A stretch of 64,000 nucleotides of DNA from Eledone cirrhosa (Eukaryota): the NCBI GenBank assembly GCA_964016885.1, contig OZ024740.1:352780001-352844000 (forward strand), read 5' to 3'. The notes beneath the pieces are model-generated. The model made no database searches. It saw nothing but the letters and a program-made list of their open reading frames with translations, and was not told where the DNA came from. Below are positions 49,340 through 61,056 of this stretch, piece after piece. The position numbers and the translations under genes were made by a program. Position 1 is the first letter of the stretch. Every line of letters begins with the position of its first letter.

Positions 49340-52083
49340 ACCAGTGTTTTGGTCAGTTATTTACACGGAAACATGGGCACATTCCTTACTCTGTGATGGG
49401 GTTTTCAGCATAACTGGCTACAACTTGTTTTGTAAAGATCGCATTAATTGTGGTGGTGTAATGGTCTACGTTCAGTCAAATTTTTTGGCAATTCTGTGTG
49501 TTGATTTGAACCAATCGCAGCAGGAAGTATTTTTCTGCGATATACGTATGACCATGTCAACACTGCTACTTGGAGTCGTTTACCGTCCCCCAAATTACCA
49601 TCAGGACACTCAACTTTGTGATATTCTCAGAGTTGCTGCCAGGAAAACAGCCACTTATGTTTTTATTGCAGGGGACTTCAATCACCCTGAGATTGACTGG
49701 GAAACCTTTCGTTGGCTGCCAAGTGAAAATGACTTCCTTGAGCTAGTGCTGGACTCGAACTGGTCCCAAGTAGTCACCTCTCCAACAAGAAGTGACAACA
49801 CTTTGGACCTACTCTTCACCACTACTCCTGAAACGGTTATTAGTGTTACTACTGAGGAACCTTTAGGTGATTCTGATCATGCTATGATCATTGCCAATCT
49901 ATCCTCATGGGCAGTAACAAAAACCACAACCATCTCCAAACTGCTTACTTTGACTGGAATAAAGCAGACTGGAACTGTTACTGCATCGAGTTGCAACGTC
50001 CAAACTGGCTTGAGTTCTACGACTCTGGAGATGTCAACACCGTACTCCAGAACATCCTGGCTCAATATGGACAGCATGTGCAGCATCGGTGCCACGTAAG
50101 CAGAAAAAACATCCCAGAACTGCAATTTGGGAGACTGCAGCAGTCCGTCTTGCCAGAAAAGAACATCGTAATGCTGAACGCGAGTACAAACTGCATAAAT
50201 CAGATATCAATAGGAAGAAGCGAAATAAATCATTCAACCATCTCAAACAGGTGACAAAAAAGGCAGTGCTTCAATTTGCGCAGCACATAGCAACCAGCCC
50301 TGACAGTAAGGTGTTCTGGAAGTATGTTCACTCAAAGCAGAGGCCTCACTCTCCAGTTGGTCCTCTTCGCAATCCCCACACAAGCCAGGTTACTGATGAC
50401 CCCAAGGAATGTGCAGAGCTCATTGCTGAATGCTATGCAGGCATTTTCATTGTTGAAGACCAGAGTGTACCGTCTCCACCACCTCTGACATCGGATTCTA
50501 TTACAACTATGGAATTTACACCTGCAATGCTGCGATGTCACCTTAAAAATAAACGCAACCATGCCTCTCAAACGTGGTGGGTACTTCCTTCTGCACCAGC
50601 TATCACGCTTCTTCCAATTCTGTCTGAACAACGGTGCTACTCCAGAACAGTGGAAAACTGCCAGTGTCATTCCTCTGTTCAAAAAGGGTGACCGCACATC
50701 ACCTGTGAACTATCGTCCAGTCAGTCTTACTAGCTGCATTGCCAAACTGATGGAATCCTGTGTTAGCGAAATGCTTTGGAACTTTTGGAACTCTCACAGT
50801 CTTATCCGGCCCTCACAATTTGGATTTATCTCTAACTCCAGCTGCTGTGATCAACTTATTGAGTTTCTTGAAGACATCACCCGGATCACTGATGGCGGCT
50901 CATGAGTGGATGTTGTTAATCTTGACTTTGCTAAAGCTTTCAATTCTGTGCCACATAAAAGACTTATGGCAAAACTCTCTGCAATGGGTGTGAAGGATGA
51001 TCTTTTTAACTGGTTGAAGTCCTTCATTCTCAGTCGAAGAGAGGTAGTCACGGTTCTAGGACAGCATTCCTCACCATATGAGATGTCATCTGGTGTACCA
51101 CAGAGATCTGTTCTTGGCTCCCTTTTGTTTGTGGCATATATTAATGACATAGATGCCAACTTAAAGAATGCCACAGTACTGAAATATGCAGATGTCATCA
51201 AGCTGAACACTATAGATCTTGCCTGCAATCTGACCTGGACACAATGCAACAATGGATCACAGACTGGCAACTCAAGTTAGCTGTGGACAAGTGTACCACC
51301 ATGCATTTTGGGAGTAAAAACCCAGCGTCCACATACTCCCTCCACAACACTAATATCAAGAAGTCTTCTTGTGAACGTGACCTGGGCATTATAGTCAGTA
51401 GCGATTTGCGTTGGACGAAGCACGTCTCTAAAATTGTCAAGAAGGCCGTGGGTGTCTTAGCATCACTCAGCAAGACTTTTGTCAGCTGCTCTCCAGCTAT
51501 CTATTTAAAGCTGTATATAGCTATGATACGGCCACACTTAGAATTTGTGTCACCAGTCTCTAACCCCTATCTTGCTCAGAATATTGACCGCCTGGAAACT
51601 GTTCAGAGACGTGCAACCAAGCGAATACCCTTGATCAGGCATCTACCATACTCTGAACACCTTGCTTCCCTGGGCATGGATACATTGAAGCTCCGACGTC
51701 TGGCAACTGACTTGGTAAACACCCACAAAATTATTAACCATCTTGCCAACAACAACCCTGTGTACATTTGTGATTTCCATGTGTCTAACACATGTGGGCA
51801 TGCCCACAAAGTCAGAAAACAGCACAGCTCCCATGACTTTCGGAAACATTTTTTCATGCTCAGAGCTGAAGCATGGAACAAACTACCTGCATCAGTTATT
51901 AGCTGTCGAGACACTGCATCCTTTAAAACCTCCATGCTTCCTGAGTACTGCACACATGTATATCATGACTAATACACTATTCACTTCCCTGACATTTGTA
52001 TATTATTCTATGTACTATACATGCATCTTTGATGAGTTGTGCACCTGAGCACTGTACACAATAATTTCATTATTATTATTATT
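49340..52083 (+). mobile_element. CR1-clade LINE ORF2 (APE plus RT), frameshifted, with (ATT)n tail
   Basis: TETW, GYNLFCKDR..GGVMVYV, GVVYRPP, AGDFNHPEIDW, PTRSDNTLDL, LGDSDH, NYRPVSLTS, LDFAKAFNSVPH, SGVPQRSVLG, KYAD, ERDLGI, RPHLEF and LETVQRRATK. Tail CATTATTATTATT. Confidence 0.9.
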
Positions 52084-52623
52084 TCTCTCTGGCCTAGTCT
52101 TGATGTGGATAGCTATGATGGGGCTAGGTACAATAAAACCTGCTGCTATTATAATTAGCATTTTGATACCAACATGCCCCAAACCATCCCTTGTTCTATT
52201 AAATGAAACCACATATTTTAACCCATTAGTTACCAGCCTGGTCAAAACTGGCTCTGATTCTATGAAATAAAATCCCCCATTTTAAAGGTTTCCAATTTAA
52301 ATTAAAATCATCCAACATAATTTTATATAATAACCTTACATTAAGATACTATCTTAGTAAATCCCACAAAATTCTTCATTAATTAATTGAAATAGAGTGT
52401 ATTTCATTAGAAATATGGTCACGAAAGGATTAAAGGGTTTCTATTTAAATTAAAACTTTTCAACAATTTTACCTTTATTATGTTACAAATATGATCTTAA
52501 GGAAATAATTAAAAAGTAAATTCCTCCAAATTCTTCAATAACTCGTTTAAGTATTGTGTATTTCATTATAAATGTGGTAATGAAACAGTTAAATAAGTGT
52601 TTTGTCAAGTCTTAGAAGGAGCC

Positions 52624-53297
52624 TACGTCTCTAAAATTGTCAAGAAGGCCGAGGGTGTCTTAGCATCACTCAGCAAGACCTTTGTCAGCCACTCTCCAGC
52701 TCTCTATTTAAATCTGTATATAGCTATGGTGCAGCCACACTTAGAATTTGCATCACCAGTCTGGAACCCCTATTTTGCTCAGAACATTGACCGCTTGGAA
52801 ACTGTTCAGAGACGTGCAACCAAGCGAATACCCTCAATCAGGCATCTACCATACTCTGAACGCCTTATTTACATTGAAGCTCCGACATCTGGCAACTGAC
52901 TTGGTAAACACCCACAAAATTATTAACCATCTTGCCAACAACAACCCTGAGTACCTTTTTGATTTCCATGTGTCATGGGCATGCCAACAAAGTCAGAAAA
53001 CAGCATAGCTTTCATGACTTTCGGAAACATTTTTTCATGCTCAGAGTTGCTAAAACATGGAACAAACTCCCTGCATCAGTTATTAGCTGCTGAAACACTG
53101 CATCCTTTAAAACCTCCATGCTTCCTGAGATTCGCCAACACTACACCTAATACATACACACGCACACATGTATATCATGACTCATACACTATTCACTTCC
53201 CTGACATTTGTACATTATTGTATGTACTATACATACACCTTTGATGAGTTGTATTGCACCTGAGCACTACACAATAATTTCATTATTATTATTATTA
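52624..53297 (+). mobile_element. Second, 5'-truncated copy of the same CR1 family
   Basis: Matches 51422-52083 closely, has its own indels and ends in the same (ATT)n tail. Confidence 0.9.
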
Positions 53298-54230
53298 AAG
53301 CTTGTTTGAAACTGCAGTTAAATCTTCCTCAAAACTGCTCTCTTGGGGGAAAAAAATGGGAGCAGAAAAAAAACCACATCAGATAATGTAGAGAAGGCTA
53401 CACTTTGCCTGGAAACTAGATGGAATGGTTATGGCTGAGGTGTTTTTAATCACAGATCTGCTGGATCAGAGTTTACAGAGAGGAGACACAGACATTAGCA
53501 ACATCATCACCAACAGGAACTGGTGTTTTATTTGCTTAGAGTGTTGAGTTTAAGAATTATTTGTAGGTTCAAAACATGTATTTAATGGAAATCTACCTCA
53601 GTGTATGCTTGCTTTCTTTTATAAGAAAGTTCTGTACCACTTGGAGTAATCTGCAACAAGAAGAGCTGCCCCCCCCCCCCCCCCCTCCCCTCCCCTCCAT
53701 CCACTTGAATCAAAATATATCTTGTATCTAGAAGCACCTTTCTGTAGCCAATGACTTTGGTTATTGTTAGTTACAAAACTATTCTGATTATTTTTTTTTG
53801 TTATCATTTGCAGACAAACATTTTTACATCATTCAGACACTTGCTGTTTCTCTGTTGGAGAGTACGAGGGAGAACAAAATTCTTTGGTTCTGCTTATTTA
53901 TATGTAAAAATTATATTAAGGTCATATTACATATGTACGTTGTTTAGTAGGAATAATGGTTTTGTTGGTATATTGTGTTGAATAATTATGTGTGAAGTAC
54001 AAGAAGCAGCATTATTGCAAAAAAGCAAAGTTATACACACACACACAAGCTGTTAACATTATATATTAATAAATAACTCTTTTCATACCAATCAACCAAC
54101 CAATGAGAGATAGTCCATGTTTTTTTTATCATAAAGTGTTGATATTTAAATTAAAATGTTGCACCATAATTTAATGTGAGAACCTTTTATGTTCCTAACA
54201 CCAACTTGACCCTATAACGCTTAAATTATA

Positions 54231-55104
54231 CAGAGTGCGGATGATATTTGTTAGCAATTTTCAACTGCTAATATTTTGCAAATTTTTTTTACTTCCGTTG
54301 TCACTCTTGTCTTCATAAAAACAGTGACTATATTTCCATTATTTATTTTCAGAATAATTGATTATGAATAATTTTGAACCTCCAAATTTGTGAAAGAGAC
54401 ACAGAGTTCTTCTTGGAATCCGCGCCAGGAGGACAAATAAGACCAGAAGATCAACTCCCAGAACAACAGGTGGCTCGCTGTCTCATCCAAAGACGTGCCC
54501 AGAGTCATGCAGACAAAGTTTCCATCAACAACATTAGTCTTAGGTGTCGTCAGCAGTCAAGGTGACGTCATGCCACCTCACTTCTTCCCTGAGGGCCTCA
54601 AGCTGAACACCGATGGCTACATCCGCGTTCTGAGCGAGGTAGTAAAGCCTTGGATCGACCAGGTAGCTGCAGGTAGGTCGTACGTGTGGCAGCAAGACTC
54701 AGCGCCCTGCCATACCAGCTGAAAGACCCAAGCCTGGCTGTCAGAGAACTTTGTCGACCACACTTCACCTGACATCTGGACTCCCTGCTCGCCTGACTGC
54801 AACCCCCTCGACTTCTTTGTGTGGGGCGCAGTGGAACGAAACACCAACAGATCTAGCTGCAATACGAAAGACAATCTGAAGGCCAGGATCACCAGTGCTT
54901 TTAGGGGCCTAAGTCGGGGGACAGTGACGAAGGCCGGTTCCGAGGCCGTCATCAAAGTCAATGGCGGGTTTATCGAGTGAGATCGAAAGAACAAGTCATG
55001 AAGACAAACTGAACCAAGTTTGATAAATAAATTTTAAAAAATAAAACTACTGTGTTATTTTTTCATAGACAGTAATCTTGCGAACAAATATCCTCCGCAC
55101 CCTG
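54231..55104 (+). mobile_element. maT-like (D,D37D) Tc1/mariner element, internally deleted, both TIRs present
   Basis: TA-CAGAGTGCGGATGATATTTGTTAGCAA ... TTGCGAACAAATATCCTCCGCACCCTG-TA. Coding trace NSQNNRWLA..LGVVSSQGDVMPPHFF..WQQDSAPCH..SPDCNPLDFFVWG, with 37 residues between the last two Asp and one internal stop. Confidence 0.88.
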
Positions 55105-56410
55105 TATATGCAAAGAAAAAATTATTTGCAAGTTTAAAAGTATGACTGAAAAGGTTGCAACAACTACCAGATATAATTGCCTGCCTACAATAATGTTCAA
55201 ATGTAAAGAATCCCCAGGGACCATTCAATCTTTCAACTTTGTATTTTCTTCATAAACTTGGCAGTATTTGAAGCACTAAGAATTATTAACTATATACATT
55301 ATAGGGTAAATAATGAAAAGAAAAAGAAATTATTTTATTTAATCTCCCTAAATCCCTAAATTCTCCAAGGTTTGGATGAGTTGTTATGGTCCAATACTAA
55401 GTAGGTTAGGGAGACCACATCCTGCTTACACTCTTCATTTTTGGTATGAATTCTGCTGCTGGATGCCCTTCAGAACACCAACCACTTTATACACACACAC
55501 ACACACCTGTATGTAATGTGTATTCATAGAATCAGCAGAATACCAGACAAAATGGTGTGTTGTATTTAGTTTAAATCCTGTCAAAGTTAGCTTTATCTGT
55601 GATCATTCTGAAGTCAATAAAATAAGCAGTCTGATTGATGCTACCAAATATATCGCTGAAAGTGGTGTCCCAGCATAGCCACAATCCAATGACTGAAGCC
55701 AGTAAAGGAATATTAGAAAACATCCTAATATCTTTATCTTATGCATTTACATAATATATATTATATTTATGTCCCAGCCTTTAAATTCCTTTTCCATGCA
55801 TCTTTCAGTGGTATGTATGATTTAGAAAATGTTAAGGTTCTGTTTATAGAGAATTGGCAGTCGTAAGAGCATGACAAAATACTTTGCTATATATATTCTG
55901 GTATTCAGTTCAAAACTCACTGAGCTTACCTTTTCCTACCATCCTGTCAAGGGTCAATAAAGTACAGGGTGGTAGATTGACAGAACTGTTATAACAGGAT
56001 GTGATGTTCTAGCTCACTGCATTCAGTTTTTTTTTTGTTACTATTTTGTTGGGGAGAAAAGGGCAGTATCCATGGCCCTTTTCAAGGTTTCTGAGATAGG
56101 TGGGAGGGAGGGAAGACAGTTTCCTCAAACTAGATATCTGGTCGGAATTCTTGCAACAATGTAAAATCTGCTAAAGGCACCCAAGGGCATGGTGATGGTG
56201 GTGCTAAAGCAGCAACAGATTAAGTCTATCATCTAAACAAGCCACAGTGGAATTTGGTACTCTAATCATTCTGCCAATTCACCCCCCATGACTGATACTT
56301 TAACAGCCCTTAAGAGATGAAAGGCAAAGTAGACTTAGCATGACTGGAATTCAGAGCACAAAGTCTTGGAACAAATAGCACAAAGTATGTTGTCTTATGC
56401 TCGAAAGACT

Positions 56411-56580
56411 CTGTCAACTCACCACCTTTTATTGTGTCAATTCACCATCTTTTACTGTGACAATTCACCACCTTTTACTGTGTCAATTCACCACCTTTTA
56501 CTGTGACAGTTCATCACCTTTTACTGTGTCGACTCATTGTTTTTTACTCTGTCAATTCCCTGCCCTTTATTCTGTTAATT
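56411..56580. repeat. 23-bp minisatellite (~7 units) immediately upstream of a FAR acceptor site
   Basis: Unit TGTCAATTCACCACCTTTTACTG, decaying toward the exon. Confidence 0.85.
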
Positions 56581-56615
56581 ATTTACTTAAATTATTTTTC
56601 TTTATTTTTCATCAG

Positions 56616-56688
56616 GTTGGCAGTAGAAATGAATGTAAAGGCAGTTAGAAAAATGATAATTCTCTGTCGAAATTTTAAGAAACTTGAG
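56616..56688 (+). CDS. FAR1: Fatty acyl-CoA reductase, internal coding exon B (73 nt)
   Basis: TTTATTTTTCATCAG acceptor and GAG|GTGAGA donor. The phase matches exon A (AG+G=Arg). Translates (R)LAVEMNVKAVRKMIILCRNFKKLE. Confidence 0.9.
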
Positions 56689-57652
56689 GTGAGATAACTT
56701 TTGTTTTTAAATCTCTTCTGTATAAATATGGATTAAACCCCCCCTGAAATTTGTGCATCACTCATTATGTGTATGTGCTTGTACATATACATGCATGTGC
56801 ACATACAAAAGTACACAGTGCTCCATACATATATGGATGTGCGTACACAGAGTATTTAGAGCACGTAGACTCACTGTTTATATGTAAGTGCAGGCTTACA
56901 CACACACACACAAATGTATTCTGCATATAAGTATATGCAGACATACACATGCATGCTGTCACTGCATTAGTACACACTCATACAGGTGCTCATGTGTACA
57001 AACACTCTAGAATTGTATAATTAATTGCTGATATAGACATATTAAAACAACAGAAAGCATTTAAAGGTCATTTTCCCTGCTAAAGCAAGGACGAACCTTG
57101 CAGGCTCCACAACAAGCTCCTCCATTTTGCCCTATCTTCTACACCCCCTATCACTAACCCCCTTGCTCTCATTTCATCCTCCATCACCATTCTCCTCCTA
57201 TTTCTTTCCATATTCACTTCCACCACTCCTATTACTTATTCCCTTTCATCTTTCCTCAACACATGACCCAACCATCTATTTTTCTTGACAATGGTTATTA
57301 CCAGCTCTGTTACCATCATCCTCTGTAATTCATTGTTTGTTTTCCTCTCTCTGAATGATACTCCACTCATTCACTGAACTGTTCTCATTTATGTTCTTTC
57401 CAGTTTTCTTTGCTGCTCTACATTCATTATCCATATCTTGCTCCCATAAATCATGGCACTTCTCATGCATGTAGCATACACCTTTCCTCTCAGTTTCAAT
57501 GACACTCCCCTCCTCATTAGCACACCTGGAACTTCTTTCACGAGCATCTCATTATATCCACTGTCATTGTGTGTGCTAGTGTGTGTGAGAGAGAGTGAGA
57601 GAGAGAAATATCATATATTTCATATATGTATATATATATTATATGTTTGCAG

Positions 57653-57759
57653 GTATTTGTACATGTATCAACAGCTTATGCAAATTGTGATCGGCCTTTC
57701 ATTGAAGAAAATATCTATGAACCCTTTGTAGAACCCCAGAAGATAATTGATGCTTTGGA
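57653..57759 (+). CDS. FAR1: Fatty acyl-CoA reductase, internal coding exon C (107 nt)
   Basis: TTTGCAG acceptor and GA|GTGAGT donor. Translates [35 protein letters not shown](D), containing the HVSTAY motif. Confidence 0.93.
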
Positions 57760-59520
57760 GTGAGTATATTGTTATTGTTCTGGAAAATTTTCATTTTTTT
57801 TAATAAACTTTTTTTTACCACACTGCATATTTTGAATAAAGGGAGTAATCAAGTTTTAAACTGACCACAGATACTGCTCTGACATCATTCCCAGATTATG
57901 TGTGAATTGCAAATATTTTGTCTTCTACTTCACCTTCATAATCTTTCTCATCACAGTTGTTATCTTCATTATCATGACCTTCATTGTCATCATCTTTATT
58001 GTCATTGTAAATAAAACTTTGTTTGATCCATTATTTTGGACTAAAGTGTTGTTTGATCTACATCAGCTTCGACTATGAGTGTCCCAGTTATTTGCTCAAC
58101 ACAATAACCTGCTTGTGAAATTAACTTGACGTGTTTGAGCATTACACAGATATGTGTATCCTAAATCTAGATCTCAAGGAGATTCAGTGTGACACAGTGT
58201 ATGACAAGGCTGGCCCTTAAAATGCTGAGTGCACAGCAGCAACATGAAATAAAGTGCTTGACATAATCTACATGTAGATAGTCTTTAGTGGTGCACACTT
58301 AGGATGCTTTGCTTATGGGACCCTACATAAAATACAAAGCAGTTATCTTTATTTGTACATTAAAAAAAATATTTTCTGTGCACCTGGATGTATTGTCACA
58401 AATATCTGTTTCTCCATTCTCTACTGAGCCAATGCTTATCTCTTCTTGGCATTGAGCAAATGAGACATATCTACTCCTGGATAGGATGTCAATCTATTAC
58501 TGGTATCTTTCCCTGTGAACAGAATTAAACTCAGCATTAGTATTATTGCATACAGAGGTAAGTTATTCTTGCCCTGTTACTTATTAAGAGTTAGAAATAT
58601 CAGGCTATTTGAGAATCAAGGGATTTGGCTATGGTCATCAGGTAGTGCTGGTGATAAGACATAAACTCTTGTCAACTATCCTATTAACTTGTTTGTCACA
58701 ATGTTTTGTTGTCATCAGAGAAATGCCCAGTTGAGCAATTTTTAAGCTAATTGGCCTCTGAATCCCACAAATACCACCCTCACTCCACCTACTCCTTGTG
58801 ATTGTGCAGGATAGACATACTCAATGTATTTATGCATGCCAATATGATGCTAATATCAACATTCGACACAAACTGTTGTAACAAAACAACAATCTGCTAT
58901 TTGATGTTATTAAATTTCATCACTGCAACATCTGATACATGAACTGCTGTCACAAAACAACTATCTGCTACTTGATGTCATTAAATTGCTATCTGGTTTC
59001 ATGGCTGGCCATATGATTATGAATTGAGACAATATGTTGTAACTGGTCATTTAACACTACCATATGACCTGAACCCAACCAATGGTGATGCTTTATAACA
59101 CCCATTTTGCAGTCATTTCTTCTTTTTTTCCACTCATTCTCATCATATGAAGAATTAGATATGTTAATGTACATGTAAGGATAAGTCAAACTGTTAATAC
59201 ACATATTCAACTTCCACATTATGTGTTGATGGCTCTTTTCAATTGTTTATACCTGCACCTGTAGTAGCACACTAGGTAGCACCTCAGCCTCATACTCAAA
59301 TGAAATATTTGTAATTGGCTGAACATTTGGAAATGAGATACGTTTAGGTGCTATCAGTGAGGGGAAGTAATCCAGTTCTCCATTAGCAACAGCTCTCCAT
59401 TAGACCAATGAAACCTCTGATCAAAATATTAGATATTTATTCTTCTTTTCACTTATTAACTGACATACCTTGAGTTTTGTTTTTATTGTAGTGACCCTTA
59501 CTGATGTGGACCACCATTAA

Positions 59521-59875
59521 TCTATTTTATAAAAGAAGACCTGTTTCTCTAACTGTCTGTCCGTCACACACATACGTGTGTATGTGTGTATATATATATA
59601 TATTATACAAATAGGTTTTTTTTGCTTGGTTGTTTATTTATGTGTGTTTTTGTATGTCCTTCAACATATAGACAACACAACACACTTTGAAAATAGACTT
59701 TCACTATATTGATTAGTTGTTGTTATTGAGAGAGAGAGAGAGAGAGAGAGAGAGTGTGTGTGTGAAAGATAGGTAGATAGATAGTGTTGTCACCATAGTA
59801 ACTGACAAGTTTTGATTGAAAATGCATGTGTGTATATATTTCTGTATGTCCAAAGGAAAACTGGGCTACAACTAG
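59521..59875 (+). mobile_element. Probable non-autonomous Helitron-like element carrying microsatellites
   Basis: Begins TC after an A (TCTATTTTATAAAAG) and ends CTAG before a T. Weak subterminal hairpin GTCCA..TGGGC, no TSD, internal TA/GA/GT/GATA repeats. Confidence 0.45.
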
Positions 59876-60471
59876 TCTTAAATTCTACTGAATATATTTA
59901 TTTCTAATTTAGGCACAAGACCAGTAAATTTGGGGATAGAGCAAAGTTGATTAAATCACCTCCAATATTTGAGTGATATCTTATTTTATCAACACTGGAA
60001 GAATAAACGGAAAAGTTAACCTTGGTAGGATTTGAACTGAGTAAGATTTGAGCTGAATATAAGAGCTAGAATAAATACCACCCTCTCACACTTCAGCCAA
60101 TCCACTGTCCTCTAATGAATATATTTCTATCATATTATATATGTGATTGTAAAGAGTCTAAATTGTATCAGGAGAGTTGTGGATAACAAAGTCAGGAGGA
60201 ATTCAGACAACCAGCTATAGTGTCACGGCTGATAGCCTGTTAGCAGCACCAAATTGTGTCTAACCAAGGTGCTTACCTTTCAATGTTCAAGTTGATCTAG
60301 CTGTAACTAGGCACTGTAGATGGAACATATGTAAGCAAGATGTGCTCCCTCCTCCCGCAGCACTCGTGACTTGGTTTGTGATGACCCATTTAACCAATGT
60401 TGGCATGGAAAATCAAACATTAAATGATAATTATGATGAAACAAAAATTCTGTTATATTTTGTATTTTCAG

Positions 60472-60649
60472 TTGGATGGATGATGATATGCTGTCAGCAA
60501 TAACTCCTAAACTACTTGGTCAGAAACCCAATACATATACTTTCACAAAACAGTTAGCTGAATATTTGCTATATAAAGAAGGTTCTGATTTACCGTTGGC
60601 TATTGTGAGACCATCAATTGTGGGAGCAGCTTGGAAAGAACCACTTCCA
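60472..60649 (+). CDS. FAR1: Fatty acyl-CoA reductase, internal coding exon D (178 nt) with catalytic YxxxK
   Basis: TTTTGTATTTTCAG acceptor and CCA|GTAAGT donor. Phase GA+T=Asp. Translates [59 protein letters not shown]. The gene continues beyond the window. Confidence 0.95.
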
Positions 60650-61056
60650 GTAAGTAATTAAGCCCAAGTTTTATTATATATATATATCATCGGCATACTC
60701 ATGTCTGCTTTCTTTGCAAGGGTTGGATGGGTCCATACAGACTAAGTCAGTACTGAAGTGGAGCCACTGATTTCCCAGGCAAGCCAAGGATCAGTGTCTT
60801 CCTTATGTACAACCTTGCGTTCCATCGAGTTGCTCAGGAGAGGTTGTTCATGCCTTTAACACACCCGAGAGTCCTCCCAACCCTTTGTTTGGCAAGATTT
60901 CTACGGCTGAATGCCCTTTCTATCATCAACCACTTTACGGCATGTACTGATAGCACTTATCGTGTAAATCACCAACACTAGGGAGGTTGTCATGTCCTTG
61001 ACGTGACTGAAGTCCTCCCAACCCGCACGCGTGTGTATTGTGGTGTTATGTCCCTT

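Noticed and set aside
56411-56580. Regular 23-bp repeats suggestive of a CRISPR array
   Set aside because: Units are directly adjacent with no unique spacers, the context is a eukaryotic intron and there are no cas genes.
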